64,000 bases of DNA from assembly GCA_001179505.1 (NCBI GenBank), contig CDMY01000302.1, positions 64,682 to 128,681 of the forward strand, written 5' to 3'. The stretch comes from Vitrella brassicaformis CCMP3155. Taxonomy: Eukaryota; Protista; Chromerida. This document shows positions 10,567 to 24,700 of the stretch, piece after piece; positions within the stretch are counted from its first letter, which is position 1; every line of letters starts with the position of its first letter. Position numbers and translations under genes: made by a program. Under the pieces are notes generated by a model. It was not told the DNA's origin, made no database searches, and saw nothing but the letters and a program-made list of their open reading frames with translations.

Positions 10567-11566
10567 ATGGATGCATCGGGTATTGGCGGCAGCAGGACAT
10601 CCCAGAACGACACGGCGGCCAAAGTGGTTGTGCAACGCGTCGGTGAGCCATCCTCCTTCGTGGCGCACAGATACACTCATCCCATTGATGGATGGATGGA
10701 TGGATGGCATGTGTGTGTAAGTGCTGCAGATGAAGGGCAGCTGCTGATAGACAACGAGGAGGAATGGCTGCAGTTTGGTCGCGGCTTCGTCGTGTACATA
10801 TGCTTCCTGAAAGGAGGTAGGGTGCGTGAGAGATCACACAACACACGCAGTCGCATCCTTCCCATCCACCCGCACAGCCTGCGGCATGGCATCTCTCTGC
10901 TTGTGTTGTGTTGTGCACTGCAGCCACGACATCGACTGTGGCGAAGATTGTCGATGCGCTCTTTGCGTGCAACCACCTGGAAGATCCCGACAGCGGCAAG
11001 AAGGCACGCACACACACACACACACACTCACCCATCTCATCACTTGTGTCTGTCGTGTGCTCACTGTGTCTGTCTGTCTGCACACAAACAATCGTTTCAT
11101 TCGTCCACCAGGTGTCGCTAAGTGACGTGTGTGGCGACTGGTGGATGACGCTGGTGCCACAGGCCTCGATGGCGGCCAAGCTCAAAGGCAACGCGCTGCA
11201 GTTCCACTCGCTGATAATGAAGGAGGAGGGCGCGGCTCTGTACGCCAGTCTGGTCACACAGATACAAAACACTGTGAGTGAGTGAGTGAGTCTGTCGGAG
11301 GGATGAGGGTCTGTGTGTGTGTTGCCCGCAGGCGGAACAAATGGAGAAGGCGACCAAGGGCAAGACGATCACAGTAGTGGCCGGCGTCTATGGTCAGCAA
11401 TCACACACACACACACACACTCGTGTGTTTATATCAGTCTCTCTCTCTCTCTCTGTCTCTCTTTCTATCTATCTGTGTATGTGTGTGTGTGTGTGCGGCT
11501 GCAGGCAATCGTCAGGGCTTGAAGTTCTCGTCGAGTGGTCCGAACGCTCTCAACCTGACTTTCTGA
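10567..11566 (+). CDS. DTD2: D-aminoacyl-tRNA deacylase paralog of the animal DTD2/ATD type
   Basis: Spliced product AKVVVQRV / WLQFGRGFVVYICFLKG / VAKIVDALF..DSGKK / VSLSDVCG..LVPQASMAAKLKGNALQFHS..KEEGAALYASLV / GVYGNRQGLKFSSSGPNALNLTF* follows recalled human DTD2 (RGLVIYVCFFKG, PQATLGGRLKG..QYHS..KEEG, GTYGNRQ..TNGPFTH). The start may lie upstream. Confidence 0.85.
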
Positions 11567-12200
11567 CTGAGTCCCCACCACTCATTCACTTCGTGTGTGT
11601 ACATAGCCAGACAGACAGACAGACAGGGTATTGCGCGTGGATGCATATATGAGTGTGTCCATCAGTGAAATGGTTTGTCGTCGTATGGGGGCTCGCGTGT
11701 GTGGACCGACACACCGACCAGCTAGCTGCAGATATATTGGACTGACTGAGGCACACACGCTTCATCACCAAATGGCACATCGCATCGGATCGCATGTATC
11801 CGGTCCGTACAAGTCGTCTCGTTTGTCTGTCTATCTCTCCGCTCTCACGCACTCACTGCCAAAAATCTATCTGTTCCTTCCTTCCTCCGTCAACCAGTGG
11901 CAAAAAAGCCCACCCACCACCCACCACCCACCCGCTCCTCCCACTGCGGACTACGTGTGTGTGGATGTCTGTCTGTCTGTATGATGACAAATCATCGCAT
12001 CTCTGTGTTCTGGACACACCACACCCACACGCCAGCACATCGATCGAGCGGCCGCGATCGCGACCGAGAGACGGGGAGGTATGTATGTATGTATTGTATA
12101 TGTACACCTACACATACATACGTATACGTATACATATGTGTGTGCATCAGCACCCGACGCACCGCACGCACGCACGCACGCGTGGCTGCCTTTCTCATGA

Positions 12201-15200
12201 TCATGATGCGTCGTCGACGTCCATGGGCATCTCGACGTCATCAATGTCACCCTGACACACACACACAGCCACACACGCACACGTGTCTCGATACGTATCT
12301 CTGTGTGTGTGTGTGTGTGTGTGATCCATAGCCGCACACACACACGCACCTCGTGTCTGTGGAGCTTCTCGGTGCCCGCCACACACCTCCCCGTTGCCAA
12401 GTCCTTCTGACACACCTGCAATAGACACACACGGTGGGCGCATTCACATTGTGTGTGTGTGGGTGTGTGTGGGTGTGTGTCCCACGGGTACGTGTATCTG
12501 CAGTTTCTTCGGATGGCTGTCGTCGGGCGCAACACGCACGATCGAGTGGTCCTGACAATGCACACACAGACACATACACACGTGCATACGAGCATTGCTC
12601 TGTGTGCGTGTGAGTGTGTGTGTGGGGGGGAGAGATGAAGACGACTGCGTACTGGCAGCTCCCCAGCAATCAGCAGTCGGCTCAGCCGTGTAACGACGTG
12701 CTTCTCCAGATACCTGCACCCATCATGCACATCACCCACACGCACCCACAGGCATACACACACAACACAACACACACAACCCCCACGCAGCTGCACGCAC
12801 CTCTTGAGTGGCCGTGCCCCATATGCCGGCGTGTATGCAGCGGCCAGAATGCGGTCGAGAGCCTCGTCAGAGAATTCAACCTACACACACCCGACCGACA
12901 CGCCAAAGCACACGTGTGTGTGTGGGTGTTTGGGGAAGGGGGAAGGTACCGTGATGTCTCGGTCTTCGAGCCGTTTCGCCAGGTCCTTCATCTGCAGCTT
13001 CATCACGTCGCGTAGTTGAACCTGCACACGCAGACAGACACACACACACACACACACAGACACAAAGCCGCATTTGGACATACGGTGATGATAGGCACAA
13101 ACTGACTGACCTTAGAGAGGGGCTCGAACACCACAAGTGCGTCTAGGCGGTTCAGAAACTCTGCGCATCTCCATCACACACAAACCATTCAGCCGTTTGT
13201 GTGTGTCTGAGTTGTCTGCAGACAGACACGCCGCACCTGGCCTGAAGTGCTTCCGCACTGCCGTCATGACGAGTGTTTTCGCCGTCTGCTTGGCTCTCTG
13301 CACACACAGACACACACACAGGAGAGAGAGAGAGAGAGAGAAAGGCACGCGCTTTTGCGTACACTGATGGGTCCCGTTTCCCACCTTGTCGCTGCTGTCG
13401 AATATCTCTGCAGTGAGGTGCTCCGAGCCGAGGTTGGAGGTCATGATGATGACCGTGTTGGCGAAATCGACCACCTTACCCTAAACACACACACAGAGAG
13501 GGAGAGAGAGAGGACGAATGACACACACACACGTCTGTATGTATGTGTGTGGGTGCGTGCCTGTCCGTCGGTGAGCCTGCCGTCGTCGAGCACTTGCAGC
13601 AGGACGTTGAACACCTGAGGGTGGGCCTTCTCGACCTCGTCAAACAGCACCACGCTGCATGGCAATGGCACAGACACACAACCGTTTATATGCCATTGAA
13701 GCACGCCTTCAGCACGACGCACACCCACTACCTGACCTGTATGGCCGTCTCCTGACGGCCTCAGTGAGCTGCCCGCCCTCGCCATAGCCCACATAGCCGG
13801 GGGGTGAGCCTGTGTGTGGATGAGTGAGTGGATGGACACACACACAGAGGGAGAGAGAGACAGGGAAGTGTGTGGAGTGAGTATGATTGTGCGCCTGGCT
13901 GCAGTGGTAGGTACCTACCGATCAGTCTGCTGACTGAGTGGCTCTCCATGTACTCGGACATGTCGATCCGCACCATGTGCTTCTCGTCGTCAAACAACTA
14001 CACACACACACACACACACGTCTGATGTCTGTGTGCGTCTGTCTGTCTGTGTGTGTGTGCGTGGATTACCTCTTCGGCGAGGGCCTTGGCAAGCTCAGTC
14101 TTGCCCACACCCGTTGGCCCCAGGAACAAGAACGAGCCCAGCGGCTGGCCAGGGCGACTCAGGCCAGCACTGCAGAACGACACAGATGACCACACACACA
14201 CATGACAACAGCGTGGTGCGTTTGGGTCGGTGCGCACCGTGATCTGAGGACGGCCTCGGCCACTGCGTCGATGGCCTCGTCTTGACCAACGACACGCTGA
14301 GTGAGTGAGTGACACACAGACACACACATACGGGAGCATGGGACGGGCAGACAGACAGACAGACAGACAGACGGACGGACGGGCTGACCTCGTGTAGGTG
14401 TTCGGACAGCTTGAGGAGCTTCTCCTTCTCTCCCCCTGTCAGCTTGCTCACAGGAATGCCCGTCCAACGGGACACCTGCACACACACACGAGTACTCTTG
14501 CCAGTGGCGGAAATTTGCCGGCGCGTGCTGTGTCTGTGTGTCTGTGTCTGTGTGTGTGAATGGTTCCCTCTCCCCCTCTCCCTCTGTGTGCACATGGCAT
14601 GGCGTCTGTGTCCCCTCTCTCCCTCCCTCCCTCCCTCCCTCCCTCTCTGGATGCGTGTGTTGAGGGGGTTAAACGGACCACATTAGCGATTTGTTCGACG
14701 TCGACGACGTTGCTGAGCATAGCGCCCTGGTCGGTGGCACGGTTGGAGGCCTTCTTCTTCTCGATCTTAGCCTCAGCCTAACGAGACCGTACACACACAC
14801 ATACACACACACACAGAGAGAGAGAGAGAGAGGGGGGAGAGTGTGTGTGAAGTGGGATATGTTCCCGCGTGTGTGTTTTTTTTCACCTGTTTCTTCTCTT
14901 GTTCCAGTGCGGGGAGCAGATCGAAGCGGAGCTTGCCTTCCTCCTACAACCACATACACACACACCCACACCCACACATGGCGCCACAATCATGTGTGTG
15001 TGCGGATGGATGGATGGATGGGCGTACCTTCTTGTTGCCTTCTCGCGAGGCTATGTCGGCTGACACACGCACCTGCACACACACACACACACACATGCGT
15101 GTGGCTGTCTGTCTCTCTGTCTGTCTGTCTGTCTGTGAGCCGCCCGTGCACCTCGTCGATGCGCTTCTGTAGGTTCCTGATGGCCTCGGTGCCCTCAAAC

Positions 15201-18200
15201 TCCTCTGCGTACTGAGCCTGCAGTGCTCCACACACACACACATCCATCTCTCTCTCTCTCTCTCTCTGCGTGTGTGTGTGTGTGTGTGGTTGTGTGGGAG
15301 CCGCTGTCTGTACCTGCAGGGGCTCCAGCTGTTCGCGAATCGCGCCGATGTCTGCACGGACCTTCTTGAGTCTGTCCTGAGACTTGCTGTCGTTCTGATA
15401 AACGACAGACACACAGACACACAGACAGACAGACAGACAGACAAGAGAGGCAGGATGTGTGTGAGTGTGTGTGTGTCCCTGCAGAGGTACGTATACCTCT
15501 TTCTTGAGGGCCTCTGCTTCGACCTCCAGCTGCGCCAGCTCTCTTTCCAGCTGCATCATGCAGACCGATACACACACACACACACCAAGTCTCTTTGTGT
15601 GTGTGTGTGTGTGCGTGTGTGGGCCTGCCTGGTCTATCTTCTCGGGTTTGCTGTCGAGCTGCACACGCACCGACGCGCACGCCTCGTCAACTACACACAC
15701 ACACACGCACACATCCCACAGGCACCCGACACATGTTGTGTGGTGCCATCGTCTGGGTGTGTGTGTGTGCACAATGCCGACCAAGGTCGATTGCCTTGTC
15801 CGGCAGGAAGCGGCCGGAGATGTACCGAGAGCTGCATTGCATTGCACCCAACACAGACACACAGCCAGACGTCCATCCATCCATCCAGGTGTGTGCATGT
15901 CGTGTCGGTCTGTGTGTGTCGAGAGAGGCAGGCTTCCTCCCGACGCTGGCATGGCTGACCTGAGCTGCACGGCGGCGACGAGAGCGTTGTCTGTGATGCG
16001 GATGCCGTGGTGTGACTCGTACTTGTCCTTCAAACCTGTGTGTGTGTGTGTGTCCATCCATCCATCCACACACACACACGCACAGAGATGGTGGGTTGAT
16101 GTATCTCTTTCTCTCTCTCTCTGTGTGTGTCCCTATGTGTGTGGTTGTGTGGGGGTACCAACCGCGCAGTATTGATATGGTGCTCTGGACAGACGGCTCT
16201 GGCACCAAGACCTGCTGGAACCTGCGCTCAAAAGCGGCATCCTGACACACACCAACACACCAACACATCAGCCGTCTGTCTGTCTGTCTGGCTGGCTGGC
16301 TCGATGTCTGTGCATTCGTATGTCACTGCTTCCTTCCTCTCTCTCTGTGTCTGCGTGTGTGGATGTGCGGACCTTTTCCACGTGTTGTCGATACTCGTCG
16401 AGTGTCGTGGCGCCAATGCACCTGACTTCGCCCCTGGCGAGCAGCGGCTTCAGCAGGTTGGCGGCGTCCATCGCACCCTCTCCTTTGCCTACACATCACA
16501 TACACACACAGAGAGAGAGAGAGAGATGCAAGTGTGATGTGTGTATGTGTGTGGATGGATACCTGCGCCGAGAACTAGGTGTATCTCGTCAATGAAGAGG
16601 ATCACCTGGCCTGCACATCAGACGCACACACACACACACAGACACAGAGAGAGAGAGAGAGAGAGAGAAGGAGAGAGAGAGAGGGATGGGTGTCACCAGA
16701 AGTGCCTGCCAGTGTGTGTGTGTGTGTGTGTGCGTACCTTTGCTCTCCTTGACCTCTTCGAGCACCTTCTTGAGTCGGTCCTCGAACTCTCCCCGATAAG
16801 ACGCACCGGCCACCAACGCCCCCATGTCTAGCGCCACGATGCGGCGGCCCTTGAGAGAAGACGGCACATCCCCCTGATGGATGGATGGATGGATCGACGC
16901 ACACGCACACACACGCACACACACACATGAATGGATGGACGAATGGATGGATGGCTACGTGAAGACGCACCTGCACGACTCGCTGCGCGAGTCCCTCGAC
17001 GATCGCCGTCTTGCCCACGCCTGCACACACACACACACACACAAACACCAATCCACACACACAGGTGTTGCGGTGTGTCTGTGTGGGCGCCGCTGACCGG
17101 GGTCTCCGATGAGCACGGGGTTGTTTTTGGTGCGTCGTGTGAGCACCTGGATGACCCGCTGGATCTCTTTCTGACGGCCGATGACGGGGTCGAGACGACC
17201 TGTCAGCACACAGACAGACAGACAGACATTCGTCTCTGCGCGCCTCTATGTGTGTGTGTGTGCAGGTGCATCCTTCTCTCTCTCTCTATTTCTCTCTGTG
17301 TGTGTGTGCGTGTGTGTGTGTGTGTGTACCTTCTTCCGCATCTTTAGTGAGGTCGCGGCCTGTCAATACGTGCGCGGGGGGGGGNNNNNNNNNNNNNNNN
17401 NNNNNNNNNNNNNNNNNNNNNNNNNNNNNNNNNNNNNNNNNNNNNNNNNNNNNNNNNNNNNNNNNNNNNNNNNNNNNNNNNNNNNNNNNNNNNNNNNNNN
17501 NNNNNNNNNNNNNNNNNNNNNNNNNNNNNNNNNNNNNNNNNNNNNNNNNNNNNNNNNNNNNNNNNNNNNNNNNNNNNNNNNNNNNNNNNNNNNNNNNNNN
17601 NNNNNNNNNNNNNNNNNNNNNNNNNNNNNNNNNNNNNNNNNNNNNNNNNNNNNNNNNNNNNNNNNNNNNNNNNNNNNNNNNNNNGGGGGGGGGGAGGGAC
17701 AAAACGAACGCATGAACGAACGAACACAGACACATTGTGCGCAGTTTTGGTGCGCCCGCCATACCTACCGTATTTCTCCAGTTCTTTGAGCTGGAGTGAG
17801 CCCATGTCGATGTCGCCCTGCTCTGTCACCTTGAGCTCCTCTATCACACTGCATGCCATCCATCCATCCACAGAGGTGCTCATGTGCGTGTGAGTGTACC
17901 TGAGGAGCGCCTGTATGTTGACCCCGGCTGCTTCAAGTGCCTTCTGCACATGACGATCTCGCGGCAGCTGATCGATCGATGCCGATGCACACACAAATGG
18001 GTGCGTGTGTGTGCATACATGTGTCTGGGCATCTGTGTGTGTGTACCATGGCAATGAGGTGCCTGACCTGCACCACCTCCCCCCTCTCCCCCGCATAACG
18101 CTGAAGCCACACACCACACCACATTTACACCACACACAGACAGCGGTGTGTCTATGCTATGTGTCGCTTGTGTGTATACCGACCCCGCCCACCTCTGCCA

Positions 18201-19337
18201 GCCGAAAGATGGACACAAGCGCGCCGCTTGGCGGGGCGCTCGATTGCCCCTACACACAACACCACACACACAGGGGGAGAGGGAGAGAGAGAGAACCATT
18301 CACACAGACGCACGAAAGTGGGTTGACAGTCACAAAAAACGGCTGTATGAGTACAATGAGAAGACAGTAGGTAATTTTATTGTATTGTCTCATTCAGGCA
18401 TACATAGAGTCGGTGTTCGTAGCTAGAGATGACTCTCGAAATGCGTCTACCCATGGCTGAGTGTACCAGTTCAGGATGCACACGCGGCAGCCGACCGATC
18501 TCGTTGTTCAACGTCTCCTGTAAACTGCACACACCACACACATACGCACACACAAAGACTATGTGTGTACGCCTCTGCCGGCACTGTCGGCACACCTCTC
18601 TCTCTCTCTCTTTCTCTGTCTGTGTGTGTGTGTGTGTGTCTGTGAGGGTAGGCTTACACATTGACATCGCCCCCGGCCCGCTCAAGCAGCTTGCAGCCTG
18701 ACATATACGGCCACAGACACACGGACACATCCACACTCGACAATATCGTGTGTGTGTGTGTGGATCGTACCGAGGTCGCTGCTATCTCTGAATATGGCAG
18801 CGGCGAGGTGCAGAGGGATCGTCTGCTGGTGGTTGTACTGCTGGGCGTACGACTGCACACACACACACACACACATCGATGTACTCACAAACACGCAGGC
18901 ACCGATGTGTGTGCGCCCATCTGTCTGTCTGTCTGTGTGGTGCTGAGGAATGGGTATATGCTGACCTGCGCGACAGCGACCATCTCAGCGGCCTTCTCTG
19001 TCGAGTCCTTCGTGAACCCCTACACATCACACACAGCACCCCACCATAAGCACATGTGTTGGATGTGTGATAAACATTCTGACTGACCTCAGTGCCCCTG
19101 CCTCCCCTGAATGTGGCCGCATGTGTGCTGGGCACACACCACACACACGCCAGCACCACCACCAGCATCACACGCATCACGGCACCTGAAGCAGACAGAC
19201 ACTCACACGCGCGCCGACAGAGAGAGATCTGCTCGTCTGCGCAGTGCCCCTGGAAGTCTGCTGCTCTCTGCGTGTGTGTGGCGTACGGCACGGCAGCTAC
19301 CTTTCACTGTGACAGCTGGGATCTGCTCCTTCTTCAT
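12201..19337 (-). CDS. clpB: Hsp100 disaggregase ClpB/Hsp101 (probably cytosolic), more than 25 exons, spans an N gap
   Basis: N-domain ([14 protein letters not shown]), [75 protein letters not shown], middle coiled coil, [52 protein letters not shown]; acidic C-terminus ...DVDDAS*. Confidence 0.97.
17385..17684. other. Assembly gap (300 N) inside a ClpB intron
   Basis: N run flanked by poly-G on both sides; the flanking exons join as [15 protein letters not shown]. Confidence 0.95.
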
Positions 19338-19673
19338 TGTGCAGACGGCAAGTTGAACGACATACACACCACACCGAGGTGAGATGCGATGAGATGCTGT
19401 TAGAAGGTCGACTGCCCACAAGCAAACACTCCCAGAAAACGACTACGCAGCCAGCGATGACTTGGAGCGGAGTGCGAGCTCACGACAGAACGCACTGCGA
19501 GCTTACCCCTAAAGCCCCCATTTGATCTGGACTCTGAGAAATCTGGACTCTGAGAGAGCGAAACGAAGTGTCGTTGCTAGTAGTACAGGGGATGCAGTGA
19601 CAGTAGGTGGGCGATACTGTGCTGGAGAAGAAGGTGGGCAGAGGGAGAGAGGGAGGGGGTCTCCTGCTCTGCA

Positions 19674-21700
19674 ATGGACATCATGTTGCTGTCATTGTCG
19701 GCTGTCCTCCTCAGTGTAGCCATTCATTTTGCTCTATTCTGCAGTGTAGCCAGAGCCATCCATATCTGCAAAGGTACGCACACACCAGCTGCAGCCATCC
19801 AATGCTCTCTGTGTGCCTGTGTGTACGTGTGTACGTGTGTATGTGTGTGTCAGGTGGTATAGGTGTCAGTAGACAGCTATCGTCGATCGCTTCGTTCGAT
19901 GGGCGGCTCCCTCGCCGGTCACAACGATTGGCAGCAACTGCACTTTGCAATCGACTGGCCTTGCAACAGGTCAGTGAATGGACGATGGACACACGCGCAG
20001 AGAGAGAGGGGATGTGTGTGTGTGTGTGTCTGTGGATGGGGTCAGTCGTGATGTGTGTGAGTTCAATTGGCTGCATCTGGAGATCGATATCGGTCTGTTC
20101 GTGGCCTCGTTCGTCCTCATGCTCGCCGTCTTCTACCCTGCCACACGATGGTACGTACGTATGTGTATGAGTATATGGCCCGCCCGCCCGCCAGACAGCG
20201 AAATGACAAATAATAATAAGCTGCATTGGCTGGCTGGCCGCCATCGATGTGATTGATGTGCGTGTGTGACGGTGCTCGCGATTGATGCAGTCTGCAAAAG
20301 GTGGACCGGCTCGTCTACCTGCGGATACAGCTGCGCAACAAAATGCAAAGTCAGCGAGCACACATCCATCCATCCATCCATCTGTGTGTGTGTGAATGTC
20401 GTGTGTGCAGGTGCATTCAAGCTCGAGTACCACCACGGCACGGCCTCAGTGGTATTCGTGCTGGCATCGGGGCCGCTGATACAGTGCGTCATATTCGTCA
20501 TTCGATCAAGCATGTGTGTATGGGGGCAGACACAGATATGACACTCACAAAGACAGAGAGAGAGAGAGAGAGGCGGAGGCCTCATTTGCACATTCGCTCC
20601 CGTGTGTGTGTCTGTGTGTGTGTGTGGCGATGTGTCAGGGAGCGTGTGACAATCACGACCTGGCTGATCGAGCTGACGGTGGCGGTGCTGTCCTTCCTGA
20701 ACACCGTCGTCTTCATTCTCACATCACGACCGAAGTCAGTCAGCACACATACACACAGATGAGTATGTCTGGCACGCGTGGACGCCTTGGCTTCTGTAGG
20801 ACTCGTCTGAAGACGCTGGAGAGTCTCTCGTCTGCTTTGGTGTTGGATGCGCTAATCTTGCCGAGCATTCTGTCAATGCTCTTCTCCAAAACGTGGTCAG
20901 TGGACGAAGGCGCCGTGTGTGTATATGCATGCATCTCTCCGTATCGGCTGTTCCAGCTTTTCTTTCTCTTTCTTTGCGTCGATTCGCGTGATTCAGCTCT
21001 ACAAAAGGTGTGCAGTCCCGGCACAGAGCAAATACGTATGTGTCAGCATTCTCTGTGTGTGTGTGTGTGTGTGTGTTTGTGTAGGTTTTTGGATTCCTCG
21101 TCGGTGAAGCAGTCGTCCATCGCGATGCAGATCGTCTCGGTGTCGATACACATCGGCGTATTCATCTATGTATGTACGCGCACATAACCCACCGGACCCA
21201 CACAGAGACACAGCCGCATATATATATATATATCTATATCTGTGTGTGTGTGTGCGTCATTGTCTGATGCAGTGTTCGGCGTGCATATTCCTGTGTCTGG
21301 AGCGTGCTGGGAACCCGGATTTCCTTCGGTTCAGCATGCCCTTCCATCTCACCGGTCAGTCAGACATCGACAGACACATACAGAGGGAGGGAGAGAGGGA
21401 GAGGGAGGGAGAGACATTGTGTGCATGTTATGTGGGTGGATTTAAATGCAGAGATAGAGGGCGACGGTCTTGGGATTAGCAACGAGGGACTGGACTTCTT
21501 CTCGTCGTGCTACTTTGTGATGGTACCTATGTGCACATGCACACAGCACACGTGCGACGCAATGCAATTCAATTCGATACAGGTGACCATATCGACAGTG
21601 GGCTATGGCGACGTATTCCCCACCACATCTCTGGTGTGTATCCTTCACACACACACCACAGACACGCACCACACAGACCGACTCCTGTCACCGGATGTCC

Positions 21701-21735
<35 letters not shown>

Positions 21736-24700
21736 TGTGTCTTGAAATAAAGGGTCGTGCTTTCTCCGTGCTGATGATCGCCGGCGGCATCGCCGCCTTC
21801 AGCATATCCACACGCGCACTTGTGGAGGCATTCAGGTCCGTACATACAAACACACACACGCTCAGACGGAAGAGAACGCTTTCACGTGTGATTGGGACGC
21901 ATGCAGGGTGAACCAGCTTGGCCATGGGACGTACTCGCCCAAGAAGCGGTTCAAACACATTGTGGTCACGGGCAACCCCACCGTCAACATGTGCAAGGCA
22001 CGTCTACGCACACAAACATCAGTGTCTCTCTCTACCTCCACACATGTGTGTCTCTCTCTATTGGTGTGTGTGTGTGCGTAGGATTTCATCACCGAGCTCT
22101 ACCATCCGGTGCGGGCATTGGTTGCATTCGTGTGTGTGCACACCACACACATGGGATGGGACCGGGTGTCACATATATGTCATCGCAGGACCACTCGGAG
22201 GAGTCAGCGCTTATCGACGTGATATTCCTCCTGTCGGGCGGCGAGAAGAGGGGCAGCTACGGTACCTAGTTCACACACAGACGAACACACACACACGTGT
22301 GTGTATGTGTGTGTGTGTGTGTATAGGTATGGCTGTGCTCGAGTCGCTCAACAATTGGCTTCGTCACCGCAGCAACAGACACCTCGCAGAGCGGGTCAAC
22401 CTGCTGCAGGTCACACACACACACACAGAGGGAGAGAAAGAGAGAGAAAGATGAGTGTGTGTGTGCGTGTGTGTGTGGTTCCCTCTATGGGCAGGGATCC
22501 ATCCTTGAGGTAACCTTGTCTACTATTTTTTGTCTCCCACTTCCGAATGAACAATGCGTGTCTCTTTTTCGCTCATGGTTGAATCACTGACTAATCAGCC
22601 ATCCGACTTCTGGCGGTCTGCGGCTCCCTCGAGCACCGCCATCGTCATAATCGCAAACCTCTACTCACGGGAGTCAGAGCCAGCATGCAGTCCCATATAT
22701 ATATGGCTGATATACATGTACGCCTTTGTATATCTGTGTGTGTGCAGTCCGAACGTGGAAGACTCGGAGAATGTCGTGAGGGTGCTGAGCGTCAAGCAAA
22801 GGTTGCCCGATGTGCGTGTCATGTGTCTGCTCAACAAAGCGCAAAACTACTCCCTGCTCAAGACGGCTGGTAGACCACACGGATGACACACACGGAGAGA
22901 GAGAGAGAGAGAGAGAGAAGGAGAGAGAGACACGCACACAAGTTGCTGTTGTGTGTTCATTTCACAAAGACTTGACCAGAAGGGATGTGGTGTGCCTCGA
23001 TGAGTTCAAGCTGCAGGTCATCTCTAAGGGATGCGTCGTGCCAGGTGGGTGAGAAGTATGGGTGGGGCAGACAGTCCAGTCCTCACACACAAACACACAC
23101 GCAACGCGATCGATGCAGGCTTCTCGGCGCTGATATGCAACCTGGTCAAGTCGATCAGCGACGACGAGATCGGCAGGGAGGGCGACCCACAATGGCTGCA
23201 GGTCGGCAGGCACATGACTGCTGTGCTGCGCACAATGGGTGTGTGGGGTGTGTGTGTCAAAAGGAATACGACAAAGGCATCACGAACGAACTGTACGAGC
23301 TCCCTTTGTCTCGCGCATACGTCGGATGGCAATTCCAGGCACGTCAGCCCCATCCACATCATCCCCTCAGTGTGAATGTGCCTCACGTATCTGTGTGTGT
23401 GTGTGTGTGTGTTTGCACAGGATGTCTTTATCGACATATTGCAGCGCAGCTCCGGGCGGTCCGTGCACCTCATCGGATTCAGAGTGAGCTTATGAGCCAG
23501 GAACAAACACCCACACGGACATGTGTGTGCATGGTCAATGCAGTACCCATCGTGGTATCGCGCGCCGCCAGAGGAGACACAACAGTGAGACACCATTCTA
23601 TGCACACGCACACACACACACAGACACACATCCATGCAAGTGCTTGCAGGCCTGACGACAACCAAAACAGCTCGACAAGGGGGTCCATCGGGGCATGGTC
23701 TCTCGCAGGTCCGTGTTCATGTCGATGCTGTCTACACACATGCATTGAATCTCTTAGTGTGTATTGTGAGCAGGGTCGCTGAACATGTCGATGAAGCGGC
23801 AGCACACCCGCTGGGGCGACTGGGGACTCAACGCGCCTGACGGACACGTAATCAAGGACAGAATGCACCTGTATTCTGTGTGTGCGTCTGTGTGTGTATG
23901 TCATGTGTAGGCCACTGCCATCTCTCCCTTCCACACGACGATGACCAACATCAAAGACAGCAGCAGCAAGGCCGTTGCAGGAGAGCCTAACAGCAACAGC
24001 AAAGACGACCCCACAGCCAAAGAGATCCCCCCCATCATCTTCTTCCCCGGCAGCGCCTTCCCCATCCCTCCACCCACACACGCAAACACACAGGCAGAGG
24101 CAGTCGACAACGCCGTCTCCGTCAGTCGACAGCCGAGCTGGTCAAACACAGGTAGGCGCCAAAAGACAAAAGACAGAACGTCAAAAGACTCTCTCTCTCT
24201 CTCTCTCTGCCTGTGTGTGCGTGCATGCTCATAGATTCGTCTCGCGTCAGCGGTGATGAGACGCCCGTCCCCGCACTTTCGCCGAGAGGCGACGACAAGC
24301 GTCCCGTCCTCCGGAGACAGCGCACGCAGAGCATCACCATGCGCATGTTCCGGGCTTTCATTAGGGGCGGGTCGACCACCATGCACGAGGGTACCCAATG
24401 CATCCACACACACCACACACATTGGGTGTGTGGATGTCTTGTCAGCTCAAGTCGGCTCGCCCGACCCCACGAGCAGAGAGGCTTTCAACCCCAAGACGTC
24501 ACCCAGAGGTGCGTACGCGCATCTCTGCAGAGACACACGAAGACACCAAGATTCACACGTGTTTCTGTGCTGTCGCTTTGTGGTGTTCAATGTGCATGTG
24601 TAGGAATAGGTGAGATGACGGAGAGGGATGGAGAGAAGCCGACCCAAGAGGCAGACAGCGACGACAACAAGACGCCCTTGGGCGTCGGCATGATATACGG

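Noticed and set aside
17344-17790. Long ORFs crossing the first N gap
   Set aside because: Artefacts of translating Ns; the gap lies in a ClpB intron.
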